A stretch of 64,000 bases of DNA from positions 32,001 through 96,000 of the forward strand of contig CAVRCJ010000017.1 of NCBI GenBank assembly GCA_963719515.1, given 5' to 3'. Below, piece by piece: positions 54,061 to 64,000 of this stretch. This DNA comes from an uncultured cyanobacterium (GTDB taxonomy: Bacteria > Cyanobacteriota > Cyanobacteriia > CAKZMO01). Position numbers and translations under genes: made by a program. The notes beneath the pieces are model-generated. The model was not told the DNA's origin. It did no database searches and worked only from the letters and a program-made list of their open reading frames with translations. The first letter of the stretch is position 1. Every line of letters begins with the position of its first letter.

Positions 54061-55416
54061 ATTACATCCTTGACTCAACCCCCGGCCCATTCCAACTTCT
54101 CTCACGAGCAGCAGCCTGTCCTTGAAATAAAGGGGAAACGCACCCTATCTGGAGAGGTGACTATTGGCGGAGCGAAAAATTCGGCGCTCGTGCTCATGGC
54201 AGCAGCGCTGCTTTGCGCCAAGGACAGTCGCTTGCGTAACGTGCCTAACCTCCAGGACGTTTCGCGCATGGCAGATATTCTCAGTGCCGTTGGCGTAGAA
54301 ATAACGCATCACGGTGACCGTCTCGACATCAATGCCGCTCACATCAGCCCCACTCAGGCCCCTTACGAGCTCGTGAGTCAGCTGCGGGCGAGCTTCTTTA
54401 TCATTGGCCCCATGCTGGCCCGGCTGGGAGTAGCCCGAGTTCCCCTACCGGGAGGCTGCGCCATTGGTGCCCGTCCGGTCGATCTCCACGTCAAGGGGCT
54501 GAGAGCTTTGGGAGCCGATGTCTATATTGATCACGGCACTGTACATGCCTACGTTCCAGGACCGTCTAAACGGCTAACAGGGGCCCGCATCTATCTCGAT
54601 TTTCCCAGCGTTGGAGCCACCGAAACCTTGATGATGGCGGCGACCTTAGCCGACGGCGAGACCATTATTGAGAATGCTGCCCAGGAACCCGAGGTGATGG
54701 ACCTAGCAAATTTCTGTCGGGCCATGGGGGCGCGGATACGCGGGGCAGGAACCAAAACTATCATGATTTCTGGTGTCCCTGACCTGCATTCAGTGGACTA
54801 CAGCATTATTCCCGACCGCGTTGAGGCGGGTACGTTCATGGTAGCGGGCGCGGTGACGCACTCTGACATCACGCTGTCTCCAGTGATTCCGGAGCACTTG
54901 ACGGCAGCGATCGCCAAGCTACGGGCTACGGGTGCAGATGTGCGGATGGAGGGCACCCATCGACTGCGGGTGATTCCGGCGGCGACCTACCGGGCAACGG
55001 ATCTAGAGACGCTACCGTTTCCGGGCTTTCCCACCGATATGCAGGCGCAGTTCATGGTGCTGCTGGCCCTCAGCGAAGGCAACTCCGTGGTGACGGAGAC
55101 GGTATTTGAGAACCGCTTACGCCACGTGGCAGAGCTAAATCGCATGGGCGCAGATATTCGCGTTAAGGGCAACATCGCCGTGGTTTGCGGCGTGCCGCAG
55201 CTGTCGGGCGCGCCGGTTATGGCTACCGATCTGCGGGCCTCGGCGGCGCTGGTGCTAGCGGGTCTGGCCGCCGAGGGGACGACCTTTGTGCAGGGCCTGC
55301 ACCACCTCGACCGGGGCTACGAAAACCTGGAGGGCAAGCTGCGTCAGTTGGGCGCTGATATTGTGCGCACTCAGGCGGACGTTGCGGACCTCAAGGCTTT
55401 GGCCGTCCCTAGCTAG
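54061..55416 (+). CDS. murA: UDP-N-acetylglucosamine 1-carboxyvinyltransferase (start uncertain)
   Basis: [47 protein letters not shown]. Confidence 0.97.
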   Translation: MTSLTQPPAHSNFSHEQQPVLEIKGKRTLSGEVTIGGAKNSALVLMAAALLCAKDSRLRNVPNLQDVSRMADILSAVGVEITHHGDRLDINAAHISPTQAPYELVSQLRASFFIIGPMLARLGVARVPLPGGCAIGARPVDLHVKGLRALGADVYIDHGTVHAYVPGPSKRLTGARIYLDFPSVGATETLMMAATLADGETIIENAAQEPEVMDLANFCRAMGARIRGAGTKTIMISGVPDLHSVDYSIIPDRVEAGTFMVAGAVTHSDITLSPVIPEHLTAAIAKLRATGADVRMEGTHRLRVIPAATYRATDLETLPFPGFPTDMQAQFMVLLALSEGNSVVTETVFENRLRHVAELNRMGADIRVKGNIAVVCGVPQLSGAPVMATDLRASAALVLAGLAAEGTTFVQGLHHLDRGYENLEGKLRQLGADIVRTQADVADLKALAVPS

Positions 55417-55637
55417 CGCGACTGTCGCTGTCGGCTGGTGTGTTGGCCGTGAATGTTCACCAGGTAGGGAACAAGATAGGTCAACCCAGCCGACAGCCAG
55501 CGACCCCGCGTCATTTGTTCCCGGACCAGAGCAGGGCCGTGGTTAATGGCAAACAGCAGCGACCCGACGACAAGAGCCACCCTAAGCGCGCTGGGGACCA
55601 GTTCGGGGTCAATTAAGCTGCGACAGAATCCTTTCAT
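55413..55637 (-). CDS. nrtS: NrtS-family small nitrate/nitrite transporter
   Basis: [18 protein letters not shown]...[13 protein letters not shown]. Confidence 0.75.
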   Translation of the reverse strand: MKGFCRSLIDPELVPSALRVALVVGSLLFAINHGPALVREQMTRGRWLSAGLTYLVPYLVNIHGQHTSRQRQSR

Positions 55638-55676
55638 CTCGCCCAGCGCCACGGCATTACCCAACTATGGTACGCG

Positions 55677-56658
55677 CTAGGGGGAAACTAAGGGATAGCG
55701 ATCGCTAGGTGAGGCGGCCCATTCCCACATAGAGCCAGGGTAGTTCTTGACCTCGAAGCCTAAATCGGTCAGCACGACCGCCAGCCAAGCCGAGCGCACG
55801 CCGCCGGTGCAGTAGGTGACAACGGGGGTGTCGCGGGTGATACCTGCGGCTTCTAGCTTTGCTGTGAGCGCAGCTCGCGGCAGGAGACGCCCCGTTTCGT
55901 CCATCAGTGACTTGAAATGGAGAGAAACAGCCCCTGGAACATGTCCGCCCCTCGCTTCGCCGTGAGGAGTCTCGCCGCCGTATTCGGCAGCTGATCGGCT
56001 ATCAACCACGGTGAGCTGAGCGCCGTCTAGGCCGTCTCGAAGGCGATCGCGATCGATAGACCAGGTGTCGTTTCGCTGTACGAGAAATTCAGCAGCGGCG
56101 GGCGGGGTTATGTCAACGTTTCGCGCGGCCAGAGCAGACCCTAGGGCCGCCTGCCCCCCGTCTACCATCGCCACCGCCGGATGGCCTAGAGTCCGCAGCA
56201 TCCACACGATGCGCCCGTCTTCTCCCCAAGATTGGGGATCCCCAGCAACCAGCACCGGCACGTCATTGGAGACCCCCAGCGCCCCCAGCTTGCGGGCGAG
56301 GGCTGGGTCGTTTTCCAAGAGCTTGCCCCGATCAGAAGCGCTAGGCTGGGTGAAGGCAGGCCAGGTGATAGGAACGGCACTCACCAGCCGGGAGACGGCA
56401 GTTGTGCGGGAATCTAGGACGACCGCGTCAGCCTCCTGAATGATTTGAACCGCCTCCTCGGCAGACACGACCCACCGATCGGCTCCATTGAGCGGTTTCC
56501 GCGGGGCTGAGGCGGCGTCTGGGCGCTGAAGGACGCAGCGATATGCGGAAGGCGGTCAGGCGCTGGAGACCCGTCGCAACGACAAAGGGCCGCGCTAGGG
56601 CGATCGCGGCCATGGCTAGAAGCAGGCCTGCCAGCCCAAGGGCAATTCGCGCAGTCAT
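55677..56658 (-). CDS. Tandem-rhodanese sulfurtransferase; probable signal-peptide N-terminus (from 56658) lies in another frame
   Basis: GRIVWML, VDSRS..EY.G, GHVPGA, YCTGGVRS, YPGSMWEW. Confidence 0.8.
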
Positions 56659-56695
56659 CAGTCTCACAGCAATACTTTCCCCAAGGCCAACGTTA

Positions 56696-57325
56696 TCATC
56701 TGCATGCCAGAAGGGCATGAATGTCACCACCGCAGATCGCGCCCAGATTGCGAGTAATTTTCTCGATGTCCCAGTGCCACCACTGAACAGCTAATAGGGT
56801 GGTGATAGTGTCTTCATCAAATCGCTTGCGAATCTCCTTTGCCGGGTTACCGCCGACAATCGAGTAAGGCTGCACCGACTGGGTCACCACCGACTTTGAG
56901 GCTACGATTGCCCCGTCGCCAACCTCGACCCCTGGCATTAACGTTGCCCCGTAGCCAATCCAAACGTCATTGCCAACGACAGTATTGCCCTTATTGGGCC
57001 AATCCTCAGGCATCGCCGCTTCCCAGCCCTGGCCAAAGACCGGGAAGGGATAATTGGTGAACCAGTCGGTGCGGTGATTGCCGCCGTTCATAATGAATTT
57101 AACACCGGAGGCAATACAGCAGAACTTGCCGATAATCAGCTTATCGCCGACAAAGTCGAAGTGGTAGAGGACGTTGCGTTCGAAGTCTTCTGGACGATCG
57201 GCATCGTCGTAGTAGGTGTAGTCTCCGACAGTAATATTGGGGTTGGTGACAACTGCTTTTAGATAGACGAGCCGCGTTTGGCCGGCTATCGGGTGCTTGG
57301 TTTCTGGAGAAGGACCGTAAGCCAT
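56696..57325 (-). CDS. Vat/CatB-family hexapeptide O-acetyltransferase
   Basis: VGDYTYYDD, IGKFCCIA, GNDVWIG, VGGNPAK, WWHWD. Confidence 0.9.
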   Translation of the reverse strand: MAYGPSPETKHPIAGQTRLVYLKAVVTNPNITVGDYTYYDDADRPEDFERNVLYHFDFVGDKLIIGKFCCIASGVKFIMNGGNHRTDWFTNYPFPVFGQGWEAAMPEDWPNKGNTVVGNDVWIGYGATLMPGVEVGDGAIVASKSVVTQSVQPYSIVGGNPAKEIRKRFDEDTITTLLAVQWWHWDIEKITRNLGAICGGDIHALLACR

Positions 57326-57468
57326 AGGATATCTCTCGCTGCGATCGCGCCAGGCTTGTATTTACAGCTTTGGCCGCATTGCCTAGGACAATATCGTGGG
57401 CTCAAACCTCTACATCGCATAGGCAATGCGGCGCGCAAATGACCTAACGCTTAATCTGCTCATAGCGC

Positions 57469-57501
57469 AAAAAAAAGTGGGAGATTGAATCTCCCACTTT
57501 T
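57469..57501 (-). terminator. Intrinsic terminator downstream of clpC
   Basis: aaaagtgggagatt/aatctcccactttt inverted repeat with an A8 run (U-tract on the minus strand). Confidence 0.85.
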
Positions 57502-57559
57502 CACTGTATTGAGGTTACAGCATTGAGGCTGCGCTAGCCAAAGCTAGTAGAAGCCGGCG

Positions 57560-60052
57560 CTATTCAGACCCTTGAGGAAGCAGCTCGCGCTCTTCACCCT
57601 GCTGAATTGTCACCTTGCCGTCCTCATCCACATCAACAACGGCGGCATCGCCATCGCCAACGCGGCCCGACAGGATTTCCTCGGCCAGGGAGTCTTCTAG
57701 CAGCCGCATGATGGCACGGCGCAGCGGTCGGGCTCCGTAGCTGGGATTGTAGCCTTCCTCCACCAGACGGTCCTTGAACCGCTCGGTGACCTCCAGCTGA
57801 ATGCCCTGCTCCAGCAGCCGATTGAAGACTTCCTTGAGCAAGATGTCCGAAATCTCCTTGACCTCGTCCTTCGTCAGCTGACGGAAGACAATGATCTCGT
57901 CGATTCGGTTCAAGAACTCAGGGCGGAAGTATTGCTTCAGCTCTTCGTTCACCAGGGAGCGGATGCGGGTGTATTGGGCATCGGCCTGGTTCTCAGAACC
58001 AAACTCGAAGCCAAGACCCGTGCCGCCTTTCTCAATCACCTTCGAACCGATGTTCGAGGTCATGATTAAGAGGGTGTTCTTGAAGTCCACCGTCCGGCCC
58101 TTGGCGTCGGTCAGGCGACCGTCTTCAAGGATCTGCAACAGCATGTTGAAGATGTCGGGGTGAGCCTTCTCAATCTCATCAAACAGGACCACGGTATAGG
58201 GGCGACGACGCACGGCTTCGGTAAGCTGTCCGCCCTCGTTGTAGCCCACATATCCCGGCGGTGAGCCGATGAGCTTGGAGACCGTGTGACGCTCCATATA
58301 CTCCGACATGTCGAGGCGAATCATCGCATCTTCAGAGCCGAAGAAGTAGGAGGCCAGGGCCTTGGTCAACTCTGTCTTACCGACGCCTGTAGGGCCGGAG
58401 AAGATGAAGCTGGCGATAGGCCGGTTGGGGTTTTTGAGGCCAACGCGGGCCCGGCGGATGGCGCGAGACACGGCCTTGACCGCCTCGTCCTGGCCGATAA
58501 GCCGCGTGTGGAGGGTATCCTCCATGTGGAGCAGCTTCTCGGACTCGGACTCGGTGAGCTTGTTCACCGGGACACCGGTCCAGGACGCCACAATGTGGGC
58601 AATATCCTCTTCGGTGACCACAGGAGACGTATCGCTGCTCCCTTTCTCCCCTTCAGCCGCCTCGACCTCTGCCTTGCGGCTTTGGGCGATCGCCCGAATC
58701 TCAGCCTTGATCTCCATCTCCCGATCGCGCAGTTCTCCGGCGCGGTCGAAGTCCTGAGAGCGAACGGCCTCGTCCTTGTCTTTGAGGACCTGACGCAGCT
58801 CCTTGTCGAGCTCCTTCGCCGCCGGGGGCAGCTGAGAGTTGATCAGACGCACGCGGGAGCCCGCCTCGTCGATCAGGTCAATGGCTTTGTCGGGCAGGAA
58901 GCGGTCGGAGATGTAGCGATCGCTAAGTTTCGCCGCCGCGTCTAGAGCCTCGTCAGAGATGCGCAGCTTGTGGTGCTGCTCGTAGCGGTCCCGCAGGCCG
59001 TGGAGAATTTCGATGGTTTCATCCACCGAAGGCTCGCCCACCATCACCGGCTGGAAGCGCCGCTCTAGGGCTGCGTCCCGCTCGATGTGCTTGCGGTACT
59101 CGTCGAGGGTGGTGGCCCCGATACACTGCAGCTCTCCCCGCGCCAGCGCGGGCTTGAGAATGTTAGCAGCGTCAATGGCCCCTTCTGCAGCCCCCGCGCC
59201 GATGAGGGTGTGCACCTCGTCGATTACCAGAATGACGTTCGCCGCCTGGCGAATTTCATCCATGATTTTCTTGAGGCGCTCCTCAAACTCACCGCGATAC
59301 TTGGTGCCTGCTACCAGCAGACCGATATCGAGGGTGACAACGCGCTTCTCCTCGAGAATGTCGGGGATGTCGTTGTTGGAGATTCGCTGAGCTAAACCCT
59401 CGGCGATCGCGGTCTTACCCACACCCGGCTCACCGATGAGAACAGGGTTGTTCTTAGTCCGGCGACCCAGAATCTGGATAACGCGCTCAATCTCTTTTTG
59501 ACGGCCCACCACTGGGTCAAGCTTGCCCTCAGCGGCCATCTGGGTGAGGTTGGAACCAAACTCATCCAGCGTAGGGGTCTTAGTTCGACCCTGTCCGCCG
59601 CCTGCAGAGACTTCAGCCGTCTCGCCCAGCATGCGGATTACCTGGGTGCGGACCTTGGAGAGGTCAACGCCCAAATTCTCCAGAACCCTCGCGGCGACGC
59701 CCTCGCCCTCGCGAATTAGGCCCAAGAGCAGGTGCTCTGTACCAATGTAGTTGTGACCAAGCTGCCGGGCCTCCTCTAAAGACAGCTCTAAAACTCGTTT
59801 TGCCCTGGGGGTGAAGGGGATTTCAACCGCAACAAACCCAGAACCACGTCCGATAATTTTCTCAACCTCGATGCGAGCGTCCTTAAGATTGACCCCCATC
59901 GATTTCAAGACTTTGGCGGCGACTCCGGTACCTTCTCCAATCAGACCCAAGAGAATCTGCTCGGTACCTACAAAGTTGTGCCCGAGGCGACGTGCTTCCT
60001 CTTGGGCGAGCATGATCACCTTAATGGCTTTTTCTGTAAAGCGTTCAAACAT
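57560..60052 (-). CDS. clpC: ATP-dependent Clp protease ATPase subunit
   Basis: [22 protein letters not shown]; two Walker A motifs ([16 protein letters not shown]). Confidence 0.98.
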   Translation of the reverse strand: MFERFTEKAIKVIMLAQEEARRLGHNFVGTEQILLGLIGEGTGVAAKVLKSMGVNLKDARIEVEKIIGRGSGFVAVEIPFTPRAKRVLELSLEEARQLGHNYIGTEHLLLGLIREGEGVAARVLENLGVDLSKVRTQVIRMLGETAEVSAGGGQGRTKTPTLDEFGSNLTQMAAEGKLDPVVGRQKEIERVIQILGRRTKNNPVLIGEPGVGKTAIAEGLAQRISNNDIPDILEEKRVVTLDIGLLVAGTKYRGEFEERLKKIMDEIRQAANVILVIDEVHTLIGAGAAEGAIDAANILKPALARGELQCIGATTLDEYRKHIERDAALERRFQPVMVGEPSVDETIEILHGLRDRYEQHHKLRISDEALDAAAKLSDRYISDRFLPDKAIDLIDEAGSRVRLINSQLPPAAKELDKELRQVLKDKDEAVRSQDFDRAGELRDREMEIKAEIRAIAQSRKAEVEAAEGEKGSSDTSPVVTEEDIAHIVASWTGVPVNKLTESESEKLLHMEDTLHTRLIGQDEAVKAVSRAIRRARVGLKNPNRPIASFIFSGPTGVGKTELTKALASYFFGSEDAMIRLDMSEYMERHTVSKLIGSPPGYVGYNEGGQLTEAVRRRPYTVVLFDEIEKAHPDIFNMLLQILEDGRLTDAKGRTVDFKNTLLIMTSNIGSKVIEKGGTGLGFEFGSENQADAQYTRIRSLVNEELKQYFRPEFLNRIDEIIVFRQLTKDEVKEISDILLKEVFNRLLEQGIQLEVTERFKDRLVEEGYNPSYGARPLRRAIMRLLEDSLAEEILSGRVGDGDAAVVDVDEDGKVTIQQGEERELLPQGSE

Positions 60053-60410
60053 GGTGTTCCTTCATCACCTGCTGCAGTGCGGCATGCTGATTCTAGCATA
60101 GGCAAAAGTCTCTGGCTGCTGCTCTGAGCCACCAGACGTCACAAAATGTAGATAGATACACCCCAAAAAGATCTTTGTCCGGCTTAATTCACCCTTAGCG
60201 TCTACATAACAATTAAAAAAGGTTTGGCATCAACCTTCCCGAAGGAAATATTGGAGAGGAACGCCGGCCAAGTCAAGAGATATTGGTAATGCTGATGAAT
60301 GCAGGCGACTAAGCTTATGGGTTGAGCTTATAGGTCGACGCCTAGGGCCTTGACGCAGCTAAGCCAGCTTAAAAGGGGCGCAGGAAGCCAGTTTCCTCTA
60401 GCTCTTTAGA

Positions 60411-61040
60411 TCAGACGTACTCGGATGAATCAGGGGATGATGTAGTCGTTCTAGGCGATCGCAAACGCCACTCACCCTGCCTCAATCGAGATAATGTCTG
60501 CTGATGCGAGCGATCTAAAATGGCTTCAAACTCCGGCGTCTGCAATCCCTTTCGCCATAGGATAAGGGCGTCCTCCCCGGTATGGGGATAATACCGCCGC
60601 CGCCGGCCTAAGGCCTGAAATTCAAAGGCGTCGTATAGACTAATCGCGGCAGAGTTGCTGGCCCGCACCTCTAGGGTCGCCCACTCCTGGCCGCGCTGTC
60701 GCGCCCACTCCAGCATCCCGCCCAGCACGGCCTGCCCAAAACCCTGGCGACGATACTGGGGATGGACAGCCAGGATAGTGATGTGGGCTTCCTCACAGAT
60801 GGCCCAGAGACAGCCAACGGCGAGGAGTTTGGGAATATTGGACGCCGAACCTGCCGCTAGCTCGCTTGGCGCGGGTTCTGTGGGTCCTTGGTCGACCAAG
60901 CCCACAAGAATACTGTTGGGACTATCGATCTCGCGCTCGTAGGCATCTTGAGACCACAGTCCGCCAAAGCACTGCTCGTCTAGCTGGAGAATCTCGGGTA
61001 GAAAATCGCAAGTTAACGGCGTAAGCTGAAGAAATCTCAT
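60411..61040 (-). CDS. rimI: Ribosomal-protein-alanine N-acetyltransferase
   Basis: EAHITILAVHPQYRRQGFG, TLEVRASN, RRRYY..EDA. Confidence 0.9.
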   Translation of the reverse strand: MRFLQLTPLTCDFLPEILQLDEQCFGGLWSQDAYEREIDSPNSILVGLVDQGPTEPAPSELAAGSASNIPKLLAVGCLWAICEEAHITILAVHPQYRRQGFGQAVLGGMLEWARQRGQEWATLEVRASNSAAISLYDAFEFQALGRRRRYYPHTGEDALILWRKGLQTPEFEAILDRSHQQTLSRLRQGEWRLRSPRTTTSSPDSSEYV

Positions 61041-61167
61041 ACCTGCGATTTACGCTCTCGATTGCGGCACAATCCTGTTACGATGCATTGTTTGACTACG
61101 GTGCATTAAGTCCGCGAACTTTGTAGCCAATACCCTCACAAGCCAACGTATCTGCAGCCCACGCCCT

Positions 61168-62559
61168 ATGGTATCCACTCCAACCGTATCCCTCCAGTCT
61201 GGCCTCGACTATCTATCTGAACCCTTCACCAGCGCCTCTGTCAATCGCTCTTTGCTCCCCCTTACGGCCCGCCGCAATCAGTCCGATCGCTTAGAAGTTG
61301 GCGGCTGCGACGTGGTGGAGCTAGTGAAATCGTTTGGGTCACCCCTCTACATTTTGGATGAGGTGACGCTGAGGCGGGCCTGTCAGCAGTACCGCAACGC
61401 CTTCCAGTCGCACTACGCAGGTGAGTCCCTCGTGATCTATGCCTCAAAGGCGTGGAACTGCTTGGGGGTCTGCGCCATTGTGGCGAGCGAAGGTCTAGGG
61501 ATCGACGTCGTTTCGGGCGGAGAACTGTTTACGGCCCTGGAGAGCGGTTTTGAGGCCGACAAAGTTTATTTTCACGGCAATAATAAGTCTCAAGAAGAAA
61601 TTGAGCTTGCCCTGCGCGCTGGCGTTACCCTCGTGGTAGATAACTGGCTGGAGCTCAAGGCGATCGCGATCCTCGCCGAGGCCAGCGACCCGGTGCGCGT
61701 CCTGCTGCGCATGACCCCCGGCATCGAATGCCACACCCACGAATATATTCAGACGGGGCACATAGACAGTAAATTTGGCTTTGACCCGACCCAGCTAGAC
61801 GACCTGCTGGCGTACTTTGAGACCACGCCTCAGGTCGACTGCATCGGCCTTCACGCCCACATCGGCTCCCAGATCTTCGAGCTGCAGCCCCACCGAGACT
61901 TGCCCGAGGTAATGGTGCAGTGGATGGTTGAGGCGGCTCAGCGCGGCCTGCCCGTGAGAGAGCTAGATATCGGCGGGGGCCTAGGCATTCGCTACACCGA
62001 ATCCGATGACCCACCCACCATTGAAGAGTGGGTAGAAACCGTGAGCAAGGCGGTAACCGCAGCCTGCAGCGCCCACGGCTTTCCGCTGCCTAAGCTGATC
62101 TCAGAACCGGGGCGATCGCTCATTGGCACGGCCTGCATCACCGCCTACACCGTTGGCAGCCAGAAGGAAGTCCCCGGTACCCGTACCTATATCACTGTGG
62201 ACGGGGGCATGTCCGATAATCCCCGACCCATCACCTACCAGTCCGCCTACTGCGCTCTGCTAGCTAACAAACTGTCACACCCCTACACCGAGACCGTCAC
62301 CATTGCGGGCAAGCACTGCGAGTCGGGAGACGTGCTGATTCGAGACGCCGCCCTCCCGCCGTCCAGCAGCGGTGATATTCTAGTGGTGATGGGTACAGGG
62401 GCATATAACTACAGCATGGCCTCTAATTACAACCGAATCCCGCGGCCTGCCGCAGTTTTGGTGTGTGATGGCACTGCCGAGCTGATTTTGCAAAGAGAAA
62501 CCTACCAAGATCTCGTTCGGCAAGACCGCCTGCCGTCAAGGCTAAAGCGTGGGAACTAG
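61168..62559 (+). CDS. lysA: Diaminopimelate decarboxylase
   Basis: YASKA, HIGSQI, EPGRS, HCESGD. Confidence 0.97.
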   Translation: MVSTPTVSLQSGLDYLSEPFTSASVNRSLLPLTARRNQSDRLEVGGCDVVELVKSFGSPLYILDEVTLRRACQQYRNAFQSHYAGESLVIYASKAWNCLGVCAIVASEGLGIDVVSGGELFTALESGFEADKVYFHGNNKSQEEIELALRAGVTLVVDNWLELKAIAILAEASDPVRVLLRMTPGIECHTHEYIQTGHIDSKFGFDPTQLDDLLAYFETTPQVDCIGLHAHIGSQIFELQPHRDLPEVMVQWMVEAAQRGLPVRELDIGGGLGIRYTESDDPPTIEEWVETVSKAVTAACSAHGFPLPKLISEPGRSLIGTACITAYTVGSQKEVPGTRTYITVDGGMSDNPRPITYQSAYCALLANKLSHPYTETVTIAGKHCESGDVLIRDAALPPSSSGDILVVMGTGAYNYSMASNYNRIPRPAAVLVCDGTAELILQRETYQDLVRQDRLPSRLKRGN

Positions 62560-62634
62560 CGACAGACCAGCGACAAACCGTTGACGGATATGTCATAGTT
62601 TCCGCAACGGAGCGGAATTATTCAAGCATTCTCC

Positions 62635-63582
62635 ATGGGAGCATTCTTAAAGCAATGGCTAGCAAACCTTGGCTGGACTCAGGCCTTGCTTATCCATGCG
62701 CTTGATATTGGGCTAGTTTTGGTACTGGCCTACATGGTGCTGGTCGTTATTGGGGAGCGACGAACGCTGTGGATGGTGCGGGGCTTGATCGTACTGATGT
62801 TGTCAGCGGCCCTCAGTGAAGCCGCTGGGTTCGAACTCCTAAGCTTCGTCTTAGAGAAACTGGTGATTGGCTCCGCTGTTGCCATGGCGTTTATCTTCCA
62901 GGCTGAGTTTCGTCGCCTGCTCGAACAGCTAGGGCGGGGTGAACTGCTGCAGCTGTTTCATCCGGTGCGCGAGGTGATCTCTAAGCCGGACGACGTCATT
63001 GATGAGATTGTGGAGGCGGTCAAAAACTTATCCCAAAATCGTATCGGGGCGCTGCTGATTATGGAGACTAACCGTCCCATTGACGAGAGCGATTTCTCTG
63101 TCTCCGGCGTCCGGCTCAACGCTGAAGTCTCCCGCGAGCTGCTGCAAACGATTTTTCAGACGTCTACGCTGCTGCACGACGGTGCCGTTTTGATTCGCGA
63201 CTCCCGCGTCATCGCAGCCAGCGTTATCTTGCCGATTTCTGAGCGGGACGCCTCCCGGCAGTTGGGCACTCGCCACCGGGCGGCAATGGGCATTACGGAG
63301 CGGGTTGAGCACTGCCTCTGTGTGGTGGTGTCTGAGGAAACCGGCTCAATTTCTATCGCCGAAGGGGGAGCCTTGAACCGTCCCCTCACCAGCAGCCGGC
63401 TCAAGGAGCTTCTGCGCGAGCGATTTACGCAGACTACGGAGCGAGAGGTCGTGTCGCCCCAGCTGCGGAGTTTGGGTCGCCGGCTGGGAAACCAGCTCCG
63501 CGGTCTACTGTCGCGGGGAATTCGCTTATTGTCTCAGCCCCAGCCTCGGGGACGGAGTAAGCGAAAATCAAAGCGAGGCTAA
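62635..63582 (+). CDS. cdaA: Diadenylate cyclase
   Basis: Three TM helices, LHDGA, GTRHRAA, VSEETG. Confidence 0.95.
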   Translation: MGAFLKQWLANLGWTQALLIHALDIGLVLVLAYMVLVVIGERRTLWMVRGLIVLMLSAALSEAAGFELLSFVLEKLVIGSAVAMAFIFQAEFRRLLEQLGRGELLQLFHPVREVISKPDDVIDEIVEAVKNLSQNRIGALLIMETNRPIDESDFSVSGVRLNAEVSRELLQTIFQTSTLLHDGAVLIRDSRVIAASVILPISERDASRQLGTRHRAAMGITERVEHCLCVVVSEETGSISIAEGGALNRPLTSSRLKELLRERFTQTTEREVVSPQLRSLGRRLGNQLRGLLSRGIRLLSQPQPRGRSKRKSKRG

Positions 63583-63682
63583 CATTGGGTGTGAAGGAAT
63601 CTTCAAGATCGGCGTATTTTGAGGAAACGGGCCAAATCCACTTGTTAAGTTAGAGCGGGAATAGCGATTCTTGGGAGATATC

Positions 63683-64000
63683 ATGACGGCAAAGCAGGCG
63701 GCTTTATTAAATCTACCAGCGGATTTGAAGCGAGAGCGCTTACCGAAGCATGTGGCCGTCATCATGGACGGTAATGGGCGGTGGGCGAGCCGTCGAGGGA
63801 TGCCCCGCAGTATGGGACATCGCCGAGGCGTAGATACGCTCAAGGAGATGCTGCGCTGCTGCCACGACTGGGGTATCGACGCGCTAACGGCCTATTCCTT
63901 TTCAACCGAGAACTGGAGCCGCCCTTTAGAGGAGGTTGAGTTCTTGATGGCCCTATTCGAGCGGGTACTCCGTCAGGAACTAGCAGAGCTTGTGCAGGAA
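63683..64000 (+). CDS. uppS: Undecaprenyl diphosphate synthase (5' part; runs off window end)
   Basis: Manual translation: [15 protein letters not shown]...[11 protein letters not shown]; lysA-cdaA-uppS synteny. Confidence 0.96.
   Translation, partial: MTAKQAALLNLPADLKRERLPKHVAVIMDGNGRWASRRGMPRSMGHRRGVDTLKEMLRCCHDWGIDALTAYSFSTENWSRPLEEVEFLMALFERVLRQELAELVQE

Noticed and set aside
56696..57325. Acquired streptogramin resistance gene
   Set aside because: Vat/CatB-like acetyltransferases are common chromosomal genes; there is no mobile context and the substrate cannot be inferred
1..64000. Abundant GCGATCGC as a novel repeat
   Set aside because: This is the well-known cyanobacterial HIP1 sequence

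Overview
Chromosomal segment of a fairly GC-rich cyanobacterium: the HIP1 octamer GCGATCGC is very frequent, and petCA, ccsB and a Tab2-family gene are present. Most of the window is housekeeping (petA/petC, serA, prmA, ribBA, argC, mtnP, ilvB, murE, nth, ccsB, gcvP, murA, clpC, rimI, lysA-cdaA-uppS). It also carries two tandem SulP transporters, a PpiC-HlyB-HlyD type I secretion operon, a Calx-beta/RTX protein, and several two-component genes, including an insert-Cys cyanobacteriochrome hybrid kinase next to a REC-PAS-adenylate cyclase. The most unusual parts are: (i) a ~5 kb island (47.8-52.9 kb) between full-length gcvP and a pseudogenised 5' gcvP copy, encoding a frameshifted CHAT protease-STAND NTPase-TPR (NLR-like) protein with near-identical 120-bp TPR units, a strict 21-bp-period array, and a small ORF behind a structured leader; (ii) a 384-bp protein-free IS200/IS605-type mini-element that appears to carry its own promoter and a TnpB-type omega-RNA; (iii) a riboswitch-like leader upstream of a DUF2325-like gene. 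Frameshifts cluster at 47-57 kb and may be assembly errors. No tRNA, rRNA or CRISPR array was seen. All calls come from reading the sequence; no database searches were run.
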